From the NCBI GenBank assembly GCA_963932905.1, contig CAWVRN010000008.1, positions 32,001 through 96,000 on the forward strand: 64,000 nt of DNA, written 5' to 3'. Source of the stretch: an uncultured Bdellovibrio sp. (GTDB lineage: Bacteria > Bdellovibrionota > Bdellovibrionia > Bdellovibrionales > Bdellovibrionaceae). The translations under genes were made by a program, and so were the position numbers. This document shows, piece by piece, positions 29,549 to 37,833 of this stretch. How positions within the stretch are numbered: the first letter of the stretch is position 1; the number at the start of each line of letters is the position of its first letter. A model generated the notes under the pieces. It saw only the letters and a list, made by a program, of their open reading frames with translations. It did not search any database and was not told the origin of the DNA.

Positions 29549-30322
29549 ATGAAGCAAAGTTTAGGGCGTTTTAGACTTGTTATTTTGGACTGCGTTAAGA
29601 ATCAAATGATGAACCCAGCGGTGCAAAAAATTCTTAATGATGTCATTTTGTTTAAACAAACTAATTTCGAGCGTTCACGTCCTGACTATGTCACTCTCGA
29701 TAAACAGGATATGATAGGCACTCACTATTTGATTTATGATATAAGTGATGTGTTTCAGCCTAAATTAGTTGTAGCCATCCGGTCGACTTATGAAGCTCGA
29801 GCCAAAGAGTACCAATTGAAAACTCCATTTCTTGATATGTTGCCAGGACTACCAGAAAAATGTCAGACCGCCTACGCTGACTTTAAAAAATTACATCCCA
29901 TGGTTGCAGATTGCGGTGCGCTGGCTGTTGAAAGTAATTATACGTTCCATAACACGGGGTTAAAGCTAATACATATTTGTTATGCGATGATTTATATTCA
30001 TGTTACCCGCATGGGTTACACAAGTATTCTTGGTGGCACTAACGAACGATTTAGGTCGTCGAGATGGCTCGAAGATATTGGTTCATACACCAGAGGCTTG
30101 GAGTTTATTCATCCTGTGTGGCCAGGCACCCATTTGCTAATCATGATCGAGAAATTCAATGTGCCTAGTATTAAATCGATTTGTAAAGAAAACGAAGTGT
30201 TGTTCAGAAATATTCAAGAATTTGTGCCCAAGGATGTTGGGTATCTAGATATTCATGCGGCAATAGATGATTTGATTTTCAACGACACAACGACAGCGAA
30301 ACATTTAAAATTAGTCAGTTAG
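29549..30322 (+). CDS. GNAT-fold acyltransferase resembling LuxI / FeeM N-acyl synthases
   Basis: Ordered motifs LFKQTNF (cf. LRyqvF), LDKQD...HYLIYD, VVAIR, LKTP, VADCGALAV (cf. E.SRLAV). Confidence 0.55.
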   Translation: MKQSLGRFRLVILDCVKNQMMNPAVQKILNDVILFKQTNFERSRPDYVTLDKQDMIGTHYLIYDISDVFQPKLVVAIRSTYEARAKEYQLKTPFLDMLPGLPEKCQTAYADFKKLHPMVADCGALAVESNYTFHNTGLKLIHICYAMIYIHVTRMGYTSILGGTNERFRSSRWLEDIGSYTRGLEFIHPVWPGTHLLIMIEKFNVPSIKSICKENEVLFRNIQEFVPKDVGYLDIHAAIDDLIFNDTTTAKHLKLVS

Positions 30323-31213
30323 TGAATCTCTATTTTTTACCAAGTGCATGTGTCTGCTTTCGGCGGCGGGAAAATTGAACGTATAGTCACAGTGAATGCC
30401 GTCGGAAGTGTAATTGACTTTGTACTCGGGTAAAGATGGCGCTAAATTAGAAAGATAAGGAAACCAGCCGGCCAAAATTAAACGGTAGCGCAAAACTTTA
30501 TCTACATTTTTTTTACTAAAATCAATGTGAGCATGATTGTCGTAATCTAAAAAAGTAGTCACTTTAAAGCTTGTGCGATCTAAATCCGTCGTAATTCTAA
30601 AATTATTGTCTAGATTTTTAAAATTTTTAGAAACGACTTCGTAGCACTCGTAATAGTTACGAGCTTTGCTGAACTCGGCAAGCATCTGTGGTGTTTGATC
30701 AAGACTTAAAAACATCACGCAAGCCAATTGGTCTAGGTCACTTTGTTTGAAACCATGGTCCGTTAAGATGTCCAGCAAATCGATAAAATAGTTCAGGCTA
30801 ATTTTATTATTAAGATCTGAATAAATTAATGGTGAAACATTCAGTTTGCGTGCAATCATATCGCTAAAATGCTGTCCATATTTTAATGTAAGATATTTAA
30901 AAATATGGGCAGAGGAACGTAAATAGCTATATTTATTTTGAGTGTATTTCTCGGGCATGACACCATCGCCAGAAAACAAGATAGAGCGAACAAAGTTTTT
31001 GTCGTATGTCCCTTCTAGGATAGTGTCTTCATTAATATGAAGATACTGTCCTAATTGAACAAACTGAGCTTTTTTGATCACGCGCGATCGATAGCCAGAC
31101 CACCAGTCTAAGAATGTAAGTGGCGATAAGCCTAAAGCCTCAGGAGCGCGATTCAGAGGCAATCCGACATCTTTAATAAAATCACGTAGTTTTTTATCTT
31201 TGGAAGAACCCAT
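30311..31213 (-). CDS. Putative regulator: N-terminal XRE-like HTH plus C-terminal ligand-binding-like domain
   Basis: EALGLSPLTFLDWWSG...QLGQYLHI (HTH). KLNVSP...DLNNKISLNYFIDLL resembles the N-terminal effector domain of OruR-type AraC proteins. Confidence 0.5.
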   Translation of the reverse strand: MGSSKDKKLRDFIKDVGLPLNRAPEALGLSPLTFLDWWSGYRSRVIKKAQFVQLGQYLHINEDTILEGTYDKNFVRSILFSGDGVMPEKYTQNKYSYLRSSAHIFKYLTLKYGQHFSDMIARKLNVSPLIYSDLNNKISLNYFIDLLDILTDHGFKQSDLDQLACVMFLSLDQTPQMLAEFSKARNYYECYEVVSKNFKNLDNNFRITTDLDRTSFKVTTFLDYDNHAHIDFSKKNVDKVLRYRLILAGWFPYLSNLAPSLPEYKVNYTSDGIHCDYTFNFPAAESRHMHLVKNRDSLTD

Positions 31214-31499
31214 CGATTTCCCTTAAAAAATTTAGAATATTTTCCACGTGAGTGATTTTGCTCAAATTTAATATCTCGTCTTTGTCCATTTGCATTACTG
31301 TAGCGATAGTTTCAAATTCGTTTTGAGAAAGGCGTTTTCGGCCCGATTCAATCATTTTAACTTCCTTAAGTGTCAGGCCTGTTTCTTCAGCGATATTTTC
31401 CGAAGTCAAATTAAGTACACCCTTTTGGCGCTTTACATACAGGCCAAAGAGGCGCCCGAATTCACGTTTGTTAAATTGGTTTAAAGTCTCTAAAATCAT
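31194..31499 (-). CDS. XRE-family HTH regulator
   Basis: FGLYVKRQK...LTSENIAEETGLTLKEVKMIESGRK; overlaps the next gene by 20 bp. Confidence 0.8.
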   Translation of the reverse strand: MILETLNQFNKREFGRLFGLYVKRQKGVLNLTSENIAEETGLTLKEVKMIESGRKRLSQNEFETIATVMQMDKDEILNLSKITHVENILNFLREIDGFFQR

Positions 31500-31503
31500 T
31501 GAA

Positions 31504-31550
31504 CCTATCCCTATCTAGGAACTTCTCTAGGTCCTAAGATAAGGGATGGG
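31504..31550 (-). promoter_or_regulatory. Imperfect inverted repeat covering the ribosome-binding region of the XRE gene
   Basis: CCTATCCCTATCTAGGAACT ... AGGTCCTAAGATAAGGGATGGG; the stem ends 4 nt before the ATG at 31499. Confidence 0.55.
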
Positions 31551-31679
31551 GCAAAATTCATCAATAGATTTCTACCTAAAGATAAAGGCGGGCCTCGAAA
31601 GGCGCGAGAGCCTATTAGAGCAAATTCCTTGGGTGAATGAGTACTTTTTAGACAGGAAAATTCTTTAGGCTTTGGGTCT

Positions 31680-32573
31680 CTACGCGGCGATCGGTTGCTC
31701 TTTGGCAGGGTTTTTGGCAAGGGTCCGTGGGTCAAAAAGAGAGGGAGCTAAATGGTGGTTTTTGTGAAAGTAGAGTCCAAATGCGATGGCATTTACAAAT
31801 CGATAGAACAACTGGGTATTCAGATTTTGAATTTCGGCAGAGTTTTGCATAGGGCGGTGGGTAGAGTAGTTGAACCAAGCATAATGAAACATTTTAAATA
31901 CGATCGAAGACAAAAATAGGAAAGTAAATAACTGAGGACCAAGTAGTAATAGCCAAAATAGGACTCGTGCGCACTGATCCAATTTGGCGGCTTGACCAAA
32001 TTGTTTGATGGCAGCTAACGACTGGTCATTTTGACCATGAGTTTTAAAAAAGTATTTCACGTAGGCATTGATCACGGCATCACGCATACCTTTGGTGAAT
32101 TCCCAATAGCTTTTGTTTAACGGGGGGTGTGGGTCTAACTGAGGATCATCCGAATATACGTGATGAATGACATGTACGATTTTCCATTGAGCAAAACCCG
32201 ACAGCTGCATAACGCCGACAATTTCGCCAACGGGGCGATTCAGCCATTTTGGACTAAAACTACCGTGACTGGCGTTATGAAGAAAAGCCGTCAATGGAAA
32301 TGTGACGACGATGGCAACCGGCACTGCTAAAAGATAGATGGGGTCGAAGTCGGAACGAAAAATACTGACCGCAACGGCATAAATGAAGCATCCGATGACC
32401 AATTGAATTTTAGTAGTCGACAGAATCAGAGCTAAGGGTAAGTACCAAAGTAAATCTTGGGAATTGATATCTGCGAATATACACAATGCTATGTTTAAAA
32501 TGGAAACGACCACAAATGACGTGAAATGAGCACGCGCTAAAAACATTCGATCTTTACGAAAGCTAGCAATCAT
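31680..32573 (-). CDS. Membrane fatty acid desaturase family protein
   Basis: Three His boxes HNASH, HVIHH and HKNHH; several TMs; AGGAG RBS. Confidence 0.88.
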   Translation of the reverse strand: MIASFRKDRMFLARAHFTSFVVVSILNIALCIFADINSQDLLWYLPLALILSTTKIQLVIGCFIYAVAVSIFRSDFDPIYLLAVPVAIVVTFPLTAFLHNASHGSFSPKWLNRPVGEIVGVMQLSGFAQWKIVHVIHHVYSDDPQLDPHPPLNKSYWEFTKGMRDAVINAYVKYFFKTHGQNDQSLAAIKQFGQAAKLDQCARVLFWLLLLGPQLFTFLFLSSIVFKMFHYAWFNYSTHRPMQNSAEIQNLNTQLFYRFVNAIAFGLYFHKNHHLAPSLFDPRTLAKNPAKEQPIAA

Positions 32574-32778
32574 GGATAGGCTCCTAATATATGTTCTTGT
32601 TACCTATCGGCAGATTTCCCTTTAGGGATTAGTCGAAATTTGAGACACAAGTATATCTAGAACCAATATTTTGCTCCTCAGATGCGTTTATTCGCAGGAA
32701 GCGCGAGTTAGCCTCGTCATAGGTTGTCACAAAAAAAGTAATTGAATGGGTAAATAAATAAAGTAAACTACTTTAGTT

Positions 32779-33204
32779 ATGGAAATGGATAAGATCGGTC
32801 ACTTTTATAAAAAAGCACTCCTTGTTGAAGATAGCGAAGATATTTGCGACTTCTACAAAGATTTTTTTGAAATGGAAGAGCTTCCTTTGGATGTGTTTAT
32901 GTCCATTCCCGACGATTCTTTAGAAATCAGTGGTAAATATGATTTGTTAATATGTGACTGGTTTGTCGGCCCGCAGTCGGCTGAAAAATGGTTGAAGCGA
33001 TTAGATCAGAAAAAGCAGCTTCCACAGGCCACAATCATTGCGACGGGGATGCCTGATATTGAAGATAACGTTTCAAATTTACCTATTCATTTAATTTATA
33101 AACCGTTTGATTTTTACAGTTTGAAAGACCTGCTAATTAATTTTAAGCAAAATCAAGCGCACCCGACGTTATCCGTACCTGGTCTCCCGCAGATAAATCT
33201 TTAA
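32779..33204 (+). CDS. Stand-alone response-regulator receiver protein
   Basis: LLVEDS, LLICD (phospho-Asp), IIATG, YKPF; no output domain. Confidence 0.8.
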   Translation: MEMDKIGHFYKKALLVEDSEDICDFYKDFFEMEELPLDVFMSIPDDSLEISGKYDLLICDWFVGPQSAEKWLKRLDQKKQLPQATIIATGMPDIEDNVSNLPIHLIYKPFDFYSLKDLLINFKQNQAHPTLSVPGLPQINL

Positions 33205-34531
33205 TCGCAAAAGAACTTTCTTCTAATTTTTCATTTATATTTAACAACGGTTTTACCAATGTCGATTTGACTTTACCCGCTTTGATTTTCGCTGGAAGGC
33301 ACGGTTTCATAAAGGCCACTTGAACGGATTGTTTGACGACTAACTCGATAATTCCCTGAAAATCATTTATTTCTTTTGCTTTAGGCGAGCGAAACGAATA
33401 CTGGCTCGATTTAACATCAACTCCCATACGGCTGAAGTCAGACAACATTGGCATCATCGTCATGCCGGGTATAGGGCGAGATGCTAATAAAGGTTCAAAA
33501 TTGTAGGTCAAACCGGCCGAGCCTACTGGTTTAGAATTTTCTAAATTGAATTCCAGCAGGCTGTTTTGATTAAATAATTGGAAATAAGTTTTCTGCAATA
33601 GATATGGCTTCAAATTTGTTTTTTCTGACCAGCAATCTAAAAGTGCCTGATTAATTAGATCGGCGCCGCAGTGATCTGAGTAAATTTTATTGGTAAATGT
33701 TTTTGAGTTAACAAATGATTGAGTCGGTTTAGCAATTTGGAAATGCGAGAAAGTGGCTTCATTCATCAAATCATTGAACTGGAAATAGTCGGCAAAAAAA
33801 TTAAAGCAGAGCGAGTCCGTCACTGAATCTGGCATTTGGATGGTAGTGTGATTTGTCGTGCCTTGAAAATCAACTCGGATACCTAATTCTGATGTGGACG
33901 TTTTCAATTTAAGTACAGACTGTGGGCCAAATTCATATTCAATTTGCGACGATACATAAGTTTTTGATTTGATTGTTTTTAGCGAACTGCTGGAAACGCC
34001 CCCAAGATAGTCTTTGTGAAGGTCCTTGTTGGTGAAGTTGGTATGCCCTTTTAAAATATTTTTAAAATCAAACTGAAACTTTTCAATTTTTTGAAGTGTC
34101 GTTTGGAAAAATTCGCGAACACCAGAAGGACAGTCGTTTTGGCTGGTTAAGGCATCAATCAATTGATTATTAATGCGATTGTTTTCCACGATTGGAATCG
34201 GTGGAATTTTGATCATTTTTTTGCTGAAATCCCACCGATTAGGAAAAGACTCCTCGATACAAAAGTGAAATGATTCTGCCGAGAAAATGAATTGGATTCT
34301 GTCCGATTGGCTGCACCCCAACAGTGGATCATTATGAACAATAACGTGAGAGCCATCCCATGGGAAAAAGTTTTTCAATGTCTTGGGCCCGGTCATCATT
34401 CCAACCGAGTTGTTTGAAAACGGAGTCTGGATGTGGAGACACTTAAATTCAGAATTAAAGATAGCCATGCTGGTGAAGCGTTGGCTAACAGATTTTAAAA
34501 AGAAATGAAAATCAGTTACGCGAGTGTTCAT
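33143..34531 (-). CDS. Divergent hydantoinase B / oxoprolinase-family protein
   Basis: HNDPLLG, KIPPI, RVDFQGT and C-terminal LSAGDQVRITSG; paired with a HyuA-like gene. Confidence 0.6.
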   Translation of the reverse strand: MNTRVTDFHFFLKSVSQRFTSMAIFNSEFKCLHIQTPFSNNSVGMMTGPKTLKNFFPWDGSHVIVHNDPLLGCSQSDRIQFIFSAESFHFCIEESFPNRWDFSKKMIKIPPIPIVENNRINNQLIDALTSQNDCPSGVREFFQTTLQKIEKFQFDFKNILKGHTNFTNKDLHKDYLGGVSSSSLKTIKSKTYVSSQIEYEFGPQSVLKLKTSTSELGIRVDFQGTTNHTTIQMPDSVTDSLCFNFFADYFQFNDLMNEATFSHFQIAKPTQSFVNSKTFTNKIYSDHCGADLINQALLDCWSEKTNLKPYLLQKTYFQLFNQNSLLEFNLENSKPVGSAGLTYNFEPLLASRPIPGMTMMPMLSDFSRMGVDVKSSQYSFRSPKAKEINDFQGIIELVVKQSVQVAFMKPCLPAKIKAGKVKSTLVKPLLNINEKLEESSFAIKDLSAGDQVRITSGALDFA

Positions 34532-35898
34532 TAGTTTTCTTCCGCGCGACCGCGCATCAGGGCCAGTAAAGATTTAGGAAATTCTTTTTGTGAAATAAAC
34601 ACTAAGTTTTTACCCTTAAGCAAATTTTTTGCGCGGGTTTCAAAGCTTTTTGGTAAATCGCCATAAATAACAATTGTTTCATTGCCGACTAGGAAGCTAG
34701 CTTCGATCAAAATGCGGTCCCAAATGACATTGCGGAATTCGTCGAATGCTTTTTCTTGAGTATGACGTCCCGTAGACGAACGTGCTAACGCCCAAAATGA
34801 ATCTTTGATTTTCTTTTGTAATTCCACTGACGCATTTTCAGAATTTAAAACATCATACACGCAAGGAATTTTACCTCGACCAAGACACATTGGACCTGGT
34901 TCAAAGCTTTCTTCGTTCGTGCCGATTTCAACTTCGTCAAAAATATTTAGAAGAAACGAGTTCGTCGGTTGGACTTTTAAGTCGATACGTTTTTTTGCGC
35001 GAATAGAAGTTTGGCCCCACGGACTGTGCCAAAAATCAGTTTCATTTAGCCAGACAGAAAAGTTTTCTAGGCCTAAATGAAGAACGTCAAATCTATCTGG
35101 TAGCGGAAATTTTGTTTTCGCGTAATCAAAGAAAGAATCTTCAAGCGCGAATAATCCGGATAGAATATTTCGGCAATTTGATGTTGCCGATTTATTTGTC
35201 ACGTATTTTACATTTTCAGCCGTGACCACGGATTGCAGAGATTCCAAGATTTCACTTTTCATTTCGTTAAAAGTTCCAGCTAAAGAGGATTCAATTAAGC
35301 TTGTACGCCATGCAATAACGTCGCTTTCGGTGTTCAGCTCGCAAGCGTCGAATACTTCGAACTGGTTTTCGGCCAGTGTCGCTTTGATTTGGTCGCGGTG
35401 GACTGGGTTTTTATGCGCATTCACAAGATTTAAGCAAACGCGTTTTGCTTCTTTCTTTTTAAGGTCAGCAACGATTTCGTTAAGTTCTTCTATCGATAGT
35501 GCGGTTTGAATGGTCCCATCGCTGTTGATTTTTTCATTAATTGAAAAAACCATTTCCAATGATGACAAATCGGGTGGTGCTTTTAAAGTAAAGAAAGTTT
35601 CTTTTTTATTCTGCTGATGCAAACCTAGCCAACCTTCGTAACCTTTAGTTACGATCTGCGCCACAGATCCGCCTAGCTTGAATTTGAAAATTCTTTCCAA
35701 ATAACGATAACTAACATAAACATTTTCGACTTTGATGTTTTCAAAACTTTGAAAAAGTTTAGGAAGCTTAGTTTTAAACGGGTCTTTTAAATTAAAAAAT
35801 GATCCACTAAATAAAATAGAATCAGAAGGTCTTTCTGTTAAAATGACTTCGTAAAAGGATTCACCAAAAAAAATACCGACATCAACCTGTTTAGTCAT
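34531..35898 (-). CDS. Divergent hydantoinase A / oxoprolinase-family protein
   Basis: IVTKGY, INEKINSDG, NAHKNPVH, PGPMCLGRG...YD. Confidence 0.65.
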   Translation of the reverse strand: MTKQVDVGIFFGESFYEVILTERPSDSILFSGSFFNLKDPFKTKLPKLFQSFENIKVENVYVSYRYLERIFKFKLGGSVAQIVTKGYEGWLGLHQQNKKETFFTLKAPPDLSSLEMVFSINEKINSDGTIQTALSIEELNEIVADLKKKEAKRVCLNLVNAHKNPVHRDQIKATLAENQFEVFDACELNTESDVIAWRTSLIESSLAGTFNEMKSEILESLQSVVTAENVKYVTNKSATSNCRNILSGLFALEDSFFDYAKTKFPLPDRFDVLHLGLENFSVWLNETDFWHSPWGQTSIRAKKRIDLKVQPTNSFLLNIFDEVEIGTNEESFEPGPMCLGRGKIPCVYDVLNSENASVELQKKIKDSFWALARSSTGRHTQEKAFDEFRNVIWDRILIEASFLVGNETIVIYGDLPKSFETRAKNLLKGKNLVFISQKEFPKSLLALMRGRAEEN

Positions 35899-35947
35899 AA
35901 AAAGTAATTGAATCCAGCAGATATCTGATAATATAACTGCTGTCTAG

Positions 35948-37054
35948 ATGAAAATTCCTGATTATATAAATCACCTTACTGCTTACAAACCGGGCAAGCC
36001 AATCGAAGAAACCCAACGCGAGTACGGACTCAAGCAAGTTTACAAGTTAGCCAGCAACGAAAACCCGTTAGGTCCTAGTCCTTTAGTTCAAAAAGCATTG
36101 GTTAGTGCCATTGCGAATCAGCACCTGTATCCAGATCCTAGTCAGTATGAACTGTTGAAAGCAGGGGCGCAGTTCTGGGATATTAAGTCGGAAAATATTT
36201 CATTTGGAAATGGGACCGATGAAATTATCGATTTTTTAGTTCGTATTTTCTGTCGCACCCAAGATCAAATATTGTTCCCTCAGTATTCGTTTCAAGCCTA
36301 CGAGGTCACAGCCGGTGCCTGTCAGGTAGAATGTGTGCGTGCGCCTCTTAAGAATGGTTGGGATTTTGACTTAGATAAGACTATTGAAACGTTTGAAAAA
36401 AACCGCGCTAAGACGAAAATTGTATTTATTGCTAATCCAAACAACCCAACGGGTACTTACATGAATGCGACCACAATGCGTGCTTTCTTGGATTATTTCC
36501 GCGGCCAAAAAGAGGTATTGGTTGTTTTCGATGAGGCTTACTTTGAATTCACTCGCGCTAAAGATTACGAATCAGCTGTGTCGTATTTAAAAACGACTGA
36601 AAACCTTGTGGTTTTGCGCACGTTCTCGAAAATATTTGGAATGGCGGGGCTTCGCCTAGGAGCCATGTTAGCCGGTGCCGACGTCATTCAGGCTTACAAT
36701 AAAATGAGAAAACCGTTCAATGTTAGCAGTTTGGCTCAGGCCGCGGGTATTGCGGCATTGAAAGATCAGGCCTTTATTAAGCAAACTCAGCAGGTCACTT
36801 GGGCCGGATTAGACTATTTTTATAAAGAGCTGGATCGATTGAAGATTGACTACATTCCGTCCGAGGGCAATTTTGTACTGTTTGATACAAAAACCGATGC
36901 CAATCAGGTTTTTGAAAAACTATTGCGTAAGGGAATAATTCTAAGACCCGTAAAAAACTACGGACTGCCTCAGCATTTACGTATGAGTGTGGGGCTTGAG
37001 GTTGAAAACAAAGCAGCGATTAAAGCATTGGCCGAGGTATTAAACCATGGGTAA
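35948..37054 (+). CDS. hisC: Histidinol-phosphate aminotransferase
   Basis: KLASNENP, NPNNPTG, DEAY, RTFSKIFGMAGLRLG. Confidence 0.95.
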   Translation: MKIPDYINHLTAYKPGKPIEETQREYGLKQVYKLASNENPLGPSPLVQKALVSAIANQHLYPDPSQYELLKAGAQFWDIKSENISFGNGTDEIIDFLVRIFCRTQDQILFPQYSFQAYEVTAGACQVECVRAPLKNGWDFDLDKTIETFEKNRAKTKIVFIANPNNPTGTYMNATTMRAFLDYFRGQKEVLVVFDEAYFEFTRAKDYESAVSYLKTTENLVVLRTFSKIFGMAGLRLGAMLAGADVIQAYNKMRKPFNVSSLAQAAGIAALKDQAFIKQTQQVTWAGLDYFYKELDRLKIDYIPSEGNFVLFDTKTDANQVFEKLLRKGIILRPVKNYGLPQHLRMSVGLEVENKAAIKALAEVLNHG

Positions 37055-37718
37055 GTTTGGAATTGTGGTTACAATCGATGGACCAGCTGCTAGCGGTAAA
37101 TCATCGGTCAGTCGTGAAATTGCACGAAAACATGGTTGGAAATGGGTTTCCACGGGTGCGTTCTATCGTGGGCTAGCCTATGTCGCATTAAAAAAGAATA
37201 TCGATCTAGATGATACTAAAGCGCTTGAAGAGCTATGTCATAGTGATGAATGGTCTATCGAGCTGACTCAGGAAAAAACAGAAGTTGTTTTTCAAGGTGT
37301 GGACGTAACCGAGCAAATCAACCATGAAGACGTGGGTAGTTTTGCTAGCCGTATCAGTCATCATCAAGGTGTGCGAAAAGCATTACTGGCCGCTCAACGC
37401 AATTGTGCTTTAGGTCAGAAAGGTTTAGTGGCCGAAGGACGTGATTGCGGAACCGTTGTATTCCCAGATGCGCCTATTAAAGTTTATTTAACAGCTAAAA
37501 GTGAAAATAGAGCGCTTCGACGAGCTTTGGAGCAAGGTTCAGACTTATTAGAAGTTCAATCGGCCCAAAAAATCAGAGATCAGCAGGATACAACTCGAAA
37601 AGCAGCCCCTCTTCAGGTGCCCGAGAATGCTTTGGTTGTTGATACTACCGAACTGGACTTGGACGGCGTCGTTGCCGCCGTAGACAAGCATATCCAGCAA
37701 AAACTTGCGACTAAATAG
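37047..37718 (+). CDS. cmk: Cytidylate kinase
   Basis: IDGPAASGKS, TGAFYR, EGRDCGTVVFP; upstream of rpsA. Confidence 0.95.
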   Translation: MGKFGIVVTIDGPAASGKSSVSREIARKHGWKWVSTGAFYRGLAYVALKKNIDLDDTKALEELCHSDEWSIELTQEKTEVVFQGVDVTEQINHEDVGSFASRISHHQGVRKALLAAQRNCALGQKGLVAEGRDCGTVVFPDAPIKVYLTAKSENRALRRALEQGSDLLEVQSAQKIRDQQDTTRKAAPLQVPENALVVDTTELDLDGVVAAVDKHIQQKLATK

Positions 37719-37833
37719 ATAGTCGCTAAAAACCCTTTGACTTTGATTCATCGCTCCCATTACAACCAAACGACATAAGAATTCTTATAGGTCCAATAAG
37801 AGACCTTAAGATCGGGAGGAACAATCAATTCAT

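Noticed and set aside
31550..31679. c-di-GMP-I (GEMM) riboswitch suggested by GGCAAA and a GAAA hairpin
   Set aside because: These elements are on the strand opposite the downstream gene, and the GACGCAAAG and paired P2 features are missing.
26798..33204. Prophage or integrative element suggested by several XRE genes
   Set aside because: No integrase, transposase, phage structural gene, tRNA target or flanking direct repeat seen.
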